Source of the DNA: an uncultured Acidobacteriota bacterium
GTDB lineage: Bacteria > Acidobacteriota > UBA6911
DNA: 64,000 nt
Reading direction: 5' to 3'
NCBI GenBank assembly: GCA_963827655.1
Contig: CAWHCF010000006.1
Location: 160,001-224,000, forward strand
Shown: positions 30,954-40,551 of the stretch, in pieces
Position numbering within the stretch: position 1 is the first letter of the stretch
How the letters are laid out: every line of letters begins with the position of its first letter
Translations under genes and position numbers: made by a program
Notes under the pieces: model-generated
Seen by the model: the letters and a program-made list of their open reading frames with translations, nothing else
Database searches by the model: none
Told to the model about the DNA's origin: nothing

Positions 30954-32174
30954 ATGTGTGGATTCATAGGCAGCAAACAACCACAATCAAACGCTACAAT
31001 CAAGCGTCGAGGCCCGGACAAGACCGTCATCCTCACCATACAAGGCTATACCTTCATCCATAACCTGCTCTCGATTACAGGCGCTTTCACACCACAGCCG
31101 TTTACTGATGGAAACATTGTCTGTCTGTATAACGGCGAGATATACAACCAACCGTACCAGACATCGGATGGAGAAGTCCTGATCCCCTTGTACAAACAGT
31201 ATGGTGAGGAGTTTGTGCGACTTTTGGACGGCGAATTCGCTATTGCGCTCTTCGATTTCGACAGTGCCACGGCGATCTATTCCACCGATGCATTTCGCAC
31301 CAAGCCGATATGGCGCAATGAGTATGGTGTGGCCAGCTACAAGAGTGGCATCGGTGACGGGAAACCCCTTGATCCGAATACCACCATTATCCATAACCTC
31401 AAGACGGGCAAAACGAAAATCCAGACAGTACATGATTTCGATTTTTCACATCAGGATAAGGACCATTATGACGATTGGATCTCCACTTTTGAGCGCGCAA
31501 TCAAGAAAAGAGGAAGGGATGACTGCTTCATTGGCCTGTCCAGCGGTTACGATAGCGGCGCTATAGACTGCGCGCTGAAACGGGCGGGCTTCAAGCATAA
31601 GACATATTCTATACTGGGCGTTGAAGATCGTGATGTACTGATCAACCGGAATACCATTCTAACTTTTACCAAGCAAGATTTTCAGAGAGAATACACATAC
31701 ATCAAGCACAATGCCGAACCGTTCCAATACAGTATCTATGGCACTAAACGATGCGTGACGGAGGAAAGTGCAGGTGTGGGTCTTGGCTTTATTTGCCGAT
31801 TGGCTACATCTGAAGGCAGGCGCATTTATCTCTCCGGACAGGGGGCCGACGAAATCCTGTCAGATTACGCCCTGATGCCGCACCAAAGCGATTTTAAAGG
31901 CATATTCCCCAACGATCTCAAACCTTGGCGCAACTTCTACTATAACTGTCAAGAGGCATACCTGGCGAAAGAAGAGCACATTGCCGGTGCGTACGGCGTC
32001 GAGGCCAGATATCCCTTTCTGGACACTCAAGTCGTCCAAGAGTTTTTATGGCTGAAGCCGGAGCTGAAGAACATGTTCTATAAAGCTCCACTGTACACTT
32101 ATTTAAACAGGTATCGGTATCCGTTCAAGCCAAACGTGAAGCGTGGATTCGAAGCGGGGCGCAACCTCTCTTAG
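30954..32174 (+). CDS. Compact asparagine synthetase-like glutamine amidotransferase
   Basis: N-terminal MCG, RGPD, YNGEIYN, LDGEFA, LSSGYDS, SGQGADEI, RYPFLD; only 406 aa. Confidence 0.88.
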   Translation: MCGFIGSKQPQSNATIKRRGPDKTVILTIQGYTFIHNLLSITGAFTPQPFTDGNIVCLYNGEIYNQPYQTSDGEVLIPLYKQYGEEFVRLLDGEFAIALFDFDSATAIYSTDAFRTKPIWRNEYGVASYKSGIGDGKPLDPNTTIIHNLKTGKTKIQTVHDFDFSHQDKDHYDDWISTFERAIKKRGRDDCFIGLSSGYDSGAIDCALKRAGFKHKTYSILGVEDRDVLINRNTILTFTKQDFQREYTYIKHNAEPFQYSIYGTKRCVTEESAGVGLGFICRLATSEGRRIYLSGQGADEILSDYALMPHQSDFKGIFPNDLKPWRNFYYNCQEAYLAKEEHIAGAYGVEARYPFLDTQVVQEFLWLKPELKNMFYKAPLYTYLNRYRYPFKPNVKRGFEAGRNLS

Positions 32175-32195
32175 GGTTCACGCAGAAATAGGTTC
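32171..32195. mobile_element. Solo terminal inverted repeat of the same family as the 12256 MITE
   Basis: TTAGGGTTCACGCAGAAATAGGTTC vs TTAGGGTTCGTGCAGAAATAAGTTC; no partner end was found nearby. Confidence 0.6.
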
Positions 32196-32318
32196 CTTAG
32201 CTGAGGACAACCCACTCACGAATACCCTTCACACCATGGTGGGTGAATAACCGCCGGACCATTCCGTTTGACCGGATGGTTTGGCTCGTGCGAACCAGGC
32301 GAGTATCAGACCCGGATC

Positions 32319-33335
32319 ATGCTATCGATCATTCGCGACCAGCCTCAATGGGATGCCTTGTACGCGAGGCTGCATCGGCCAAGTATTGTCGCATCCTATG
32401 GCTATGTGAACGCCGCGGCACAATTGGAGAACGGCGGTTACGCGGAACTAGCCGTGTGGTCAGATGATGACGATATCGTTTTCCACCCGTATATCCGTCG
32501 ACAGATCAGCGGCGGGTCCGCGCTTGACGACCTGGTATCGGCTTGGGAATTTGGCGGATTCTGGTTCACTACAGCAAATCTCGAGCATCAACTTAAACTC
32601 CTGCGGGCGTTTTCGCAGGCCTTTTATCAGCGCTGCGTAGATGAGAGCATCGTCAGCGAGGTTGTCCGCTTCTATCCCTTGACACCGTTGGTAGCTACGA
32701 CACTCGACCCCTATTGTCTCGAGTATCATTCGGAACATATCGTTATCCCGCTAACGGAGCCCCATGAGACGCTTTGGCGAACTTTCCCGTCTTCACTGCG
32801 CGGGAAGATTCGCCAAGCGGAAAGGCACCGCCTCAGCGTTCAGCCGTCCAAGGATATCGATACATTCGTGCGTGTATTCCACCAGAATTTAGATCGCATC
32901 GGCGCCCAGCCTTTCTATTATTTTCCCGCTGCTTTTCTGCAGGCGATCAAGGCGCATCTTCACTTCCTGTTTGCGTTCGATCATGGCGGCCGGTTATGCG
33001 CGACACACTGTTATCTTGAAGATGATGAAGTATACTTTGCCTTTCTTTGCCATGGTGTTCAGGATGCGATTGGCCTGCGGCCCAATGATTTTGTGTATGA
33101 TGCCGCGATACGAGACGCGCAGAAGCGCCACTTCCAATTTCTTCATATGGGGGGTGGCGGTCCTTCGCTTATGGCTTATAAGCGAAAATTCTCCCGGATG
33201 ACTTGGCCCTTCTATATCGGCCGGTGCATCTTTCGACCCGATATTTATGCAGACCTGGTCGCCCAACAGCAAAAGCGACTGGGGGTCGACCTGACAAACT
33301 CGTCCCATTTCCCAGTCTACCGGACTCCCGCCTGA
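32319..33335 (+). CDS. GNAT family (FemAB/CelD-BcsL-like) acyltransferase
   Basis: RGKIRQAERH, FYYFP, RPNDFVY, LHMGGG..LMAYKRKF. Confidence 0.8.
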   Translation: MLSIIRDQPQWDALYARLHRPSIVASYGYVNAAAQLENGGYAELAVWSDDDDIVFHPYIRRQISGGSALDDLVSAWEFGGFWFTTANLEHQLKLLRAFSQAFYQRCVDESIVSEVVRFYPLTPLVATTLDPYCLEYHSEHIVIPLTEPHETLWRTFPSSLRGKIRQAERHRLSVQPSKDIDTFVRVFHQNLDRIGAQPFYYFPAAFLQAIKAHLHFLFAFDHGGRLCATHCYLEDDEVYFAFLCHGVQDAIGLRPNDFVYDAAIRDAQKRHFQFLHMGGGGPSLMAYKRKFSRMTWPFYIGRCIFRPDIYADLVAQQQKRLGVDLTNSSHFPVYRTPA

Positions 33336-34222
33336 TGGACATTGTTTTTATCACCGACCGAAATCAGCTCGTGGGTATGTTGGCGGCGATGAACTCGGTC
33401 ATCAAAAACTGCTGCGGCGAGCGTGATCTCCGCTTTTCCATCGTGTCGGACGTTGATAGTTACCCTGATATAGTCCATCACATCAATCAACTGTTTGGCC
33501 AGACTAACATTGACATGCGGGTAGTCGCCTTTCATCCGCCCGCCTTCCTCCAGGAGAATATCCGGGTCAACCGCAGGGGCCGCCTCAACAATGTGCTGAA
33601 CTATGCCAGATTTTACTTGCACCAGGCCCTGCCTGACCTCGACAAGATCATCTACCTGGACGCCGATGTCATCGTGCAGGGAAATATCGCGGAACTGTGG
33701 TCGATTGCGAAACTGGATCAGAAGATCATCGCCTGCGTCCCATCGGGGATTGGATCTTACGATTATATTGGAACCTTCTATCGGAACACGGCGCCACTCG
33801 CGCACCTTGACGAGCGCGAACGGTTTTTTAACGCCGGCGTGTACGTGACTCGCTTGCGAGCGTGGGAGGAACGAGGCATCTTACCCCAGATTGAACGTTG
33901 GATGATCCTCCATAAAAACGATCCCAAAGGCTTATTCGAATTGGGGACCCAGCCACTCCTCAATCTGGTCTTTTATCGGGATTATGAGTATCTGCCGCCG
34001 GAATGGAACGTCATCGGCCCGGGTGATCACGGTCCTGCTCCCCTCGATAAGAACCTTTTAGAAACCGCTAAGATCCTGCACTGGAAGGGCTCCCATAAAC
34101 CTTGGCTGCCCGACGGGTATTTCAAGGACCTCTGGAATCCATACGATTTGCTGGGTGTGAACCGCCCGCTGCATGATGCAGCATCCAGGAGCGTGGAGGT
34201 TGCTGATGATGCCGAGGCCTGA
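33335..34222 (+). CDS. Glycosyltransferase family 8
   Basis: TGATG overlap with the GNAT gene; YARFY, IIYLDADV, FNAGV, QPLLN, WN, ILHWKGSHKPW. Confidence 0.92.
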   Translation: MDIVFITDRNQLVGMLAAMNSVIKNCCGERDLRFSIVSDVDSYPDIVHHINQLFGQTNIDMRVVAFHPPAFLQENIRVNRRGRLNNVLNYARFYLHQALPDLDKIIYLDADVIVQGNIAELWSIAKLDQKIIACVPSGIGSYDYIGTFYRNTAPLAHLDERERFFNAGVYVTRLRAWEERGILPQIERWMILHKNDPKGLFELGTQPLLNLVFYRDYEYLPPEWNVIGPGDHGPAPLDKNLLETAKILHWKGSHKPWLPDGYFKDLWNPYDLLGVNRPLHDAASRSVEVADDAEA

Positions 34223-34256
34223 CGCGGCCCGCTCTGATGGCCACAGATCCGGTGGA

Positions 34257-35165
34257 GTGATCCGTCCGATTTACCACGGTCGTCTCGGCAATAACCTCTT
34301 TCAGTATTGTTTCGGCCGCGTGCTCGCCGAGGAACTTCACTGCGACTTTCTGGCCCCGCCCATTGCGGGATTTACGCATGCCACGTCGATACGCCTGGGA
34401 CCGGAGTGTGCCGTCTATGATCGAGAGATCGTACTTCGTCAGGAGCGAGCCCACGCGAAGATTTCGGTCCAGGAGGGTGCCATCTCACACGTCGAGTTTA
34501 ACGAACTCCTGACTGATCTCCGAGAGCGGAGGGGAAGAAAGCGAATCACCATCGAATATGGGTGCTTTTTACACGTCCCTTTTTATCGAGATTATACTGA
34601 CCGCATCAGACATCAATGGTTACAGATCTCTGACAGGTCTAGTATCCATGAGAACGATTTAACCATCCATATTCGTTCCGGTGACATCTGGCAAGAAGAC
34701 ATTTCACGAGAGCCTCATGATTCATATTGCGCGCTACCTTTTTCATTTTATGAAACCATCATCAGAGAATATAACTGGCGACATATCCATATTGTCACCG
34801 AAAACCGCAATGATCCCATGGCCCGTAAGCTGTCCCGGAGCTACGGCGCGTCTATTGTGTCGGGAACCTCTTTCGAAGACTTCAATTTCATCAAAAGCAG
34901 CACGAATATCGTGTTAGCGATCAGCACCTTTAGCTGGTTCGCTGCCTTCCTGTCGGAAGCAAGAACGATCTACTACCCACAGGCCGGCCTTTTCCATCGT
35001 GGCATCCGCCCTGATGTCAATCTTGAAGTACAAGAGCCGCGATATTGTTACCGTTGCGTCTATCCTGACGACCAATTTCGCGACTGGTTCGAGGGGGTAT
35101 TTTTCCCCGGTAAGCCTGCCTGGAAGGGAACTCCGGACCTGCGAGAATTTCTCCTTCTGCGTTAG
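34257..35165 (+). CDS. GT11 (alpha-1,2-fucosyltransferase)-like glycosyltransferase
   Basis: GRLGNNLFQY, IHIRSGD, DF..I, STFSWFAAFLS; start uncertain (34206-34257). Confidence 0.8.
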   Translation: MIRPIYHGRLGNNLFQYCFGRVLAEELHCDFLAPPIAGFTHATSIRLGPECAVYDREIVLRQERAHAKISVQEGAISHVEFNELLTDLRERRGRKRITIEYGCFLHVPFYRDYTDRIRHQWLQISDRSSIHENDLTIHIRSGDIWQEDISREPHDSYCALPFSFYETIIREYNWRHIHIVTENRNDPMARKLSRSYGASIVSGTSFEDFNFIKSSTNIVLAISTFSWFAAFLSEARTIYYPQAGLFHRGIRPDVNLEVQEPRYCYRCVYPDDQFRDWFEGVFFPGKPAWKGTPDLREFLLLR

Positions 35166-35194
35166 CGCAACGGAATTTTTTGAGGAAGAAATGC

Positions 35195-36046
35195 GTGAGT
35201 ACAATCTTGGTGACTGGCGCCAGTGGTCTGATCGGTCGCGCGCTATCGGCGCATCTGTCGGAAAAACACCAGGTGATTTGCCTGGACCAGCGGCCACCGG
35301 AGCTCAACTTGCCCAGCGTGACCGCGCGCATCGAATCACCAGAGGACCTGCGTCAGCTGGACGAGTTCGACATTGAGGTGGTCGCGCATCTCGCCGGTGT
35401 AACGGGGCGCTGCACTGAGCAGGACGCGTTGATGGTCAACGTCGAAGGCAGCCGCTGCCTGATGCGCTATCTCCTGGACCACGGTTGCCGCAAGTTCGTC
35501 ATGGCAAGTTCTACCGCGGTCGTGGGGTTTCAGAGCGTGAAGTTCCGGCCGGAACAATTGCCGTTTGCGGACGAAGCGCCCTGTCTCGACCGTGATGGTT
35601 ACGGCTTCAGCAAGTATCTTCTGGAGCAGGTTGCCCGCTACTACCATCGTCAGCACGGCGATACTGATATGATCGCGCTGCGACTGGCATCAACCTTTCC
35701 AGACGACGCGTTGCCGCCACTCGCAGAAGCACAACCTCTGCGTGAATGGTCGATGGCAACTATCACGATTATGGCGCTCAGTGACACAGTGCGCGCCTTT
35801 GCCATGGCCGCTGAAGCTCAGCACAAACCAGGCGTGCGGATCATGAACGTCGCCCCTCCCCTGGCGTGGGTGCAGGACCCGGTGGCAACGATCCTCCGCG
35901 TCTGGTATGGCGACGAAGTTGACGTCTCCTACTTTGAGCAACCAGGACACGAATGGGATTCGTTATATGACGTCCGTCGCATCAAGGCGGAACTGGGATT
36001 TGTGGCGCACATACTGCCGCTAACACCTACAGCAAGGACACCGTGA
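35195..36046 (+). CDS. NAD-dependent epimerase/dehydratase family protein
   Basis: ILVTGASGLIG, HLAG, MASS, YGFSK. Confidence 0.88.
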   Translation: MSTILVTGASGLIGRALSAHLSEKHQVICLDQRPPELNLPSVTARIESPEDLRQLDEFDIEVVAHLAGVTGRCTEQDALMVNVEGSRCLMRYLLDHGCRKFVMASSTAVVGFQSVKFRPEQLPFADEAPCLDRDGYGFSKYLLEQVARYYHRQHGDTDMIALRLASTFPDDALPPLAEAQPLREWSMATITIMALSDTVRAFAMAAEAQHKPGVRIMNVAPPLAWVQDPVATILRVWYGDEVDVSYFEQPGHEWDSLYDVRRIKAELGFVAHILPLTPTARTP

Positions 36047-37266
36047 TGGCAGAATTGGCCTTATGTGGGGGTCAGGCGTTACGTACCAGATCCTTTCCGT
36101 CATGGCCCGTGTTCGACGACCAGGAAACTGCTGCAGTACTTGAAGTCCTCGAAAGCGGCAAGTGGGGCCATGTCATGTCTCCCGACGATAAAGTGACAGC
36201 ATTTGAAAGAGAGTTCGCCGCGTATCACGGGGTGAAGTATGCCATCGCCGTGGCCAGCGGTTCAGTTGCGCTGGAAGCAGCGTTGAGGACGGCCGGGATC
36301 GGCTTCGGCGATGAGGTCATTACGCCACCGACGACCTGGGTGGCGCCAAATCTGGCGCCGGTCATGGCTGGAGCGGATCCGATCTTTGTGGATATCGAGC
36401 CTGAGACCTATTGCATCGATCCCGGGAAGATTGAGCCGGCCATCACCGCCAGGACCAAAGCTATTATTGTTGTGCATCTGGGTGGATACGTCTGCAATAT
36501 GGATCCCATCATGGACATCGGCCGCCGGCATAATCTGATCGTCATCGAGGATTGTGCCCAGGCGCACGGCTCCAGGTATAAAGGGCGTATTGTCGGCAGT
36601 ATCGGCCATTTCGGTTGTTTCAGCTTCGAGGCCACCAAACTCATGACAGCGGGTGAAGGTGGCATGGTCATCACGAATGATGACCAATGGGCTGAATTTG
36701 CCTATTGTTACACGCATGCGGGCGTTCGATACGGGAACAATGGTTGGGGGTACTCCAAGGGGCGGATCGCCGGCTGGAATCTGCGCATGACCGAGTTTCA
36801 GGCGGTCATCCTGATGTGCCAGTTAGGGCGGCTGGATGCGCACAAGAGAAAGAGAATCGAAAACGCCGGGTACCTGACCAAACGGCTTGCGGACATCGAG
36901 GGCATTGAGCCGCTGGCACGTCAGGCAGACCAGAACTACTACACTTACATGTTCAAGTATGATCCCCATTCTTTCGGCAACATCCCGGTACAGACTTTTA
37001 GAAACGCCCTGAAGGCAGAGGGTATCCCATGTTTTTCTTCGGCTTCTCATCAGCACCCCGCGTACCGATCACCGGTCTTCTATTCCCCTCGAAGGAGTTA
37101 CGATGAGGTGCATTGTCCGGTGGCAGAACGAGCCTATACTGCCGAGGCGGTAGGACTGCAGGCGACCTGGGTCTTGTTGGGCGACAAGGAAGACATGGAT
37201 GAGATTGCCGACGCCATCCTCAAAATCAAACATAACCTGGACGAGCTTCGTTCCCTCAGTGCATGA
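36043..37266 (+). CDS. DegT/DnrJ/EryC1/StrS PLP aminotransferase
   Basis: GTGA overlap; WPVFD, SGSVAL, IEDCAQAHG, FSFEATKLMTAGEGG, NLRMTEFQA. Confidence 0.93.
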   Translation: MMAELALCGGQALRTRSFPSWPVFDDQETAAVLEVLESGKWGHVMSPDDKVTAFEREFAAYHGVKYAIAVASGSVALEAALRTAGIGFGDEVITPPTTWVAPNLAPVMAGADPIFVDIEPETYCIDPGKIEPAITARTKAIIVVHLGGYVCNMDPIMDIGRRHNLIVIEDCAQAHGSRYKGRIVGSIGHFGCFSFEATKLMTAGEGGMVITNDDQWAEFAYCYTHAGVRYGNNGWGYSKGRIAGWNLRMTEFQAVILMCQLGRLDAHKRKRIENAGYLTKRLADIEGIEPLARQADQNYYTYMFKYDPHSFGNIPVQTFRNALKAEGIPCFSSASHQHPAYRSPVFYSPRRSYDEVHCPVAERAYTAEAVGLQATWVLLGDKEDMDEIADAILKIKHNLDELRSLSA

Positions 37267-37359
37267 CTGCCGTTGTGGGCGTGTGCCTCTCGTTGTTTGC
37301 TTATCGCGGATCACGGATTGACGATTGGCAGGCGGCCAGGCTGCTTGCTGCGGAGTGAC

Positions 37360-37773
37360 TCAAAGTTTCTCTACGCGAAGGCCATACGCCCGCGCCGCCT
37401 GGCACTGCTGTTCGTCCGCAGACACAAACAGGTCCGCCTGCCACTCCGCCGCGCACGCTATATGCAAAGAATCTGAAGATCTCAGTGGCCAGCGCTCAAG
37501 AAGACCGACAGCTCGCAGGACCACTTCGTCTGTCAGGTTGACCAAACTGGCATCGCTGATATCCGTGAACAACGCCTGCTTTGCTTTCAGGTACTGGTCC
37601 TTCGACAGACTTCCTTCCCTGCGACGCCTGCACAGCGCCGAAATAATCTCCGAAAGACAGATTCTCGAGATACCCAAGGATGAGGCTTCAGCAAGAATCT
37701 CCTCAAGACGGCCAGTTCCGGGTTCCCGAACATATCGCTTCGAAAGCGCGGAAGAGTCAGTGAAGACGTTCAA
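37360..37773 (-). CDS. vapC: Type II toxin, PIN domain (VapC family)
   Basis: FTDSSALSKRY..E.G, EIISAL, LRSSDSLHIA, FVSAD; TTG start overlaps the antitoxin stop. Confidence 0.9.
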   Translation of the reverse strand: MNVFTDSSALSKRYVREPGTGRLEEILAEASSLGISRICLSEIISALCRRRREGSLSKDQYLKAKQALFTDISDASLVNLTDEVVLRAVGLLERWPLRSSDSLHIACAAEWQADLFVSADEQQCQAARAYGLRVEKL

Positions 37774-38000
37774 TATGACGATCGCCTTTCTTTCAAGATC
37801 GCTTTGCTGAGTGAGGCCCCCGGGGCGATCAACCGCAGGCCGGGTCGCTTCCATGCGGGCGCTTCGCGCGGCGTATCCTCGGGAACGATCTTTGCGATCG
37901 GTTTTCCATGCCTGAGGACGCGAATCGTTTCACCTTTTTCGACCGAGTCCAGCACTTCCGAAGCATGCTTCCTGAATTCTGTGAAGTTAATCGTCTTCAT
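37770..38000 (-). CDS. Type II antitoxin, Phd/YefM family
   Basis: MKTINFTEFRKHASEVLDSVEKGETIRVLRHGKPIAKIVP. Confidence 0.92.
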   Translation of the reverse strand: MKTINFTEFRKHASEVLDSVEKGETIRVLRHGKPIAKIVPEDTPREAPAWKRPGLRLIAPGASLSKAILKERRSSY

Positions 38001-38021
38001 TGGGCAGGTCTCCATGCACCA

Positions 38022-38041
38022 ATTGTACACTGCTGTACAAT
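38022..38041. promoter_or_regulatory. Palindromic operator upstream of the TA operon
   Basis: ATTGTACA-ctgc-TGTACAAT, 21 nt upstream of the antitoxin ATG; typical placement for TA autorepression. Confidence 0.7.
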
Positions 38042-38078
38042 AATGAGCAAATTGGTCCCGAACGAATAGCGACTCTCT

Positions 38079-39335
38079 TCACGGTGTCCCGTTATATGGA
38101 ATTACGAAGCGCTCCTGGCCCTGCGGTCCGCCCCACTTGTGGCAGTAATGAGCGTGATGCCACTGGAAAGCCACTTCGCCCGCGAGGGTTGCATCCGCAT
38201 GCAAGGTCTGGCTTGTGTAATGAGTAACCTTCGTGCCTCCAAAGTCGAGGGTCTCCCATCCGGACAGTTGCAGACGGCGATAGTAATCGAGGTCCGAGAC
38301 ATACCAGCGGAACGTTTCATCCCATGGACCAGTGCTCCGCAGCGCCTCCGTTCTGAACACGGCAAAGGCGTCATAACAGGTGAACACGACACCGGCGCGC
38401 GGCTGTCTGCGCGCAAAGTCGATGACTTCGCGCGCGACACCGGCGTGACATTCCGCGTCGTTGTGCATGAAGACGAGGAATGCAGCCTGCCGTTCGAATG
38501 CTTCCGCCTGTGCCCAATTCATCATTTGTGTAAAAGACATTCCTCTGTGTGGCGCGCCGAACACACCCGCAATTCCACCCAGCGAAGCAAGCTCGGCCGG
38601 CCCCAGACCGTTAGCTGACTGATCGATCACCACCAAGCAGGGCCAGAGTTCTTTGATGGACATGACAGCCCTGTACAGCAAATCCGGCCGGTTCACGTAT
38701 GGAATATAGGCGAAAACGTCCGAGTGGTTTTCGTTCGAACGACGCATGGTCCACTGCCCGCGAACCGGGCGTTGCTTGCGATAGCTCCAGTTTGCGACGT
38801 CATTCGAAATGGTGATTTCGCTTTGCGGAATACTTTCGTAAACGCCGATCAACACTCCCTCCCAATCCGCGTCGTCGCCCGCCAGAACACCGCCCTGCTT
38901 CACCTTGGGAAGCCACGCTCGTACATCGTCACGAACGCTCTTGTAATCGTGCCCGCCGTCGATCATGACGAAGTCGAACGATTCGTCGGGAAAGCAGCGC
39001 GCGGCTTCAACCGACCGCATTTCCATCGGCTGTATCAAATGCGCGACACCGCCGCGCTGCATGTTTTGCAGAAAGAACGAGAACGCTGAGCCACCTTTCG
39101 GGACCAGTTGTTCCGCCATCCAGGGCAGATCATCTGAACCTCTCCATGTGTCGATGCAGTAGAAATCGATTTTCTTGCCGCTGTTCACTATCTCGACGGC
39201 CATGTATGCTGCCGAGCGGCCATACCAACTACCGATTTCAGCGAACGCTGCGCCATCACGAGCTTCGGCGACGGCTGAGTCATAGATATCCTTGAAATTA
39301 AACCAACCTTCAACGGAGTTATAAAAATGTTCCAT
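38079..39335 (-). CDS. Class I SAM methyltransferase fused to a GT2-like domain
   Basis: EIGSWYGRS, IDTW, IDGGHDY, GGVLAGDD; C-half FMHNDAE, GPWDETF..YVSDLDY. Confidence 0.8.
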   Translation of the reverse strand: MEHFYNSVEGWFNFKDIYDSAVAEARDGAAFAEIGSWYGRSAAYMAVEIVNSGKKIDFYCIDTWRGSDDLPWMAEQLVPKGGSAFSFFLQNMQRGGVAHLIQPMEMRSVEAARCFPDESFDFVMIDGGHDYKSVRDDVRAWLPKVKQGGVLAGDDADWEGVLIGVYESIPQSEITISNDVANWSYRKQRPVRGQWTMRRSNENHSDVFAYIPYVNRPDLLYRAVMSIKELWPCLVVIDQSANGLGPAELASLGGIAGVFGAPHRGMSFTQMMNWAQAEAFERQAAFLVFMHNDAECHAGVAREVIDFARRQPRAGVVFTCYDAFAVFRTEALRSTGPWDETFRWYVSDLDYYRRLQLSGWETLDFGGTKVTHYTSQTLHADATLAGEVAFQWHHAHYCHKWGGPQGQERFVIPYNGTP

Positions 39336-39431
39336 AGGTTGTCACCGCATTAATTCCTGGATTGCCGGGTCGATACGATCCACGGTCAATTGTGACAGGC
39401 ACTCGACGGCGAGCTTATGCAACCGAAGCGA

Positions 39432-39510
39432 TCTCAGTGTTTCTTTGTGTCTTCGTGTCTTGGTGGTTAATGCTGACAAACCAATACCACTAGGACACGA
39501 AGACCCGAAG
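39432..39510. repeat. 9-nt-period inverted repeat pair
   Basis: gtttctttgtgtcttcgtgtcttggtgg ... ccactaggacacgaagacccgaag. Confidence 0.7.
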
Positions 39511-39522
39511 ATCCGCAATCGA

Positions 39523-40443
39523 CTAATCCGCAATCGCCTCAGCTGCCAGGGGCGACATCACGGCTTCCGGACAGAAACGGGCGATCACTTCCATCGCGAT
39601 TTCGGCCCGCCGCACTCGCTCGCGCGAAAGAGCCGTCACGGTATTCTCGAGGTGCGTTCCGCTGGGATAAACATCCGGGGCATTGCGCAGGCCAAACTTG
39701 AGGTAAATCGGCGAGGCGACTCGAATAAGCTCCGGAATTTCGTAATATCGAATAAAGCCGCCGATATTGTCAGGAGCTTCCACATAGAAATCGATCGGCA
39801 CCGCAATCGCCGCCCGCACCGCCGCGATCTGCTCGAGCGTGAGATCGGAGGGGATGTTAATCGTGCTGGCCCCGAGGTCTTCGAGAATCCTGGCCGAGGC
39901 CGGATTGGCCGGCGCCATCATGACCGAAGTCTTGATGATCAGGTCGCCGGGCAAGTCTCCCGTGGAGCGCATTTTCGCGATGAGCTGGAGAATCCCGAGA
40001 TCCGAGACCAAAATGCTGCGCAAGCCAAGCCGTGTCGCCCTCAGGCAATCCTCGAGCGCGTAAACCAGCTGGTCGGCGCCGCGCAGGCTAAGCCCGAGCG
40101 TTTTTCCGGCCATCGAATAAGCCTGGGCGCCGATATCAAAAGTGGCGCGCGGCCCGACGAATAGATTCACCTCGACACCCGCTCTTCGACCGATCTCGAG
40201 CATTTCAGTAATCTCTTCATCGGTCATGAGCATGATGCCGCTTCCCTGGCTCACGCGATGAACCGGCACGTTCCGACTCTTCGCCTCCGACAGAATCTCC
40301 GCCAGCGCGCGCGGGCCCTCCGTGCTCGGAATCTCAATCCGATATTGCCCCCGGTCCGGAAATCGTCGCGTGGACGACGGGCAGTCACGCGGATCGGATC
40401 CAGGGAGGCCAAGGCTTGCCAAAAACTCACGTGAACTCTTCAT
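39523..40443 (-). CDS. U32 peptidase-like TIM-barrel protein
   Basis: YRIEIPSTEGP, HRVSQGSG, GLRSILVSDLG, LGASTIN..DLTLEQI; family assigned by recall. Confidence 0.6.
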   Translation of the reverse strand: MKSSREFLASLGLPGSDPRDCPSSTRRFPDRGQYRIEIPSTEGPRALAEILSEAKSRNVPVHRVSQGSGIMLMTDEEITEMLEIGRRAGVEVNLFVGPRATFDIGAQAYSMAGKTLGLSLRGADQLVYALEDCLRATRLGLRSILVSDLGILQLIAKMRSTGDLPGDLIIKTSVMMAPANPASARILEDLGASTINIPSDLTLEQIAAVRAAIAVPIDFYVEAPDNIGGFIRYYEIPELIRVASPIYLKFGLRNAPDVYPSGTHLENTVTALSRERVRRAEIAMEVIARFCPEAVMSPLAAEAIAD

Positions 40444-40551
40444 CCTTGCTTCCTTTCGCAATGCGTTGAGTTTGATTCAGAGGACCGACGGTCCAAGGCG
40501 TGCTTGGGCTGATGCGGCAAGATCAGGAGCGAGCTTTCTGGCGGCAGGCGA

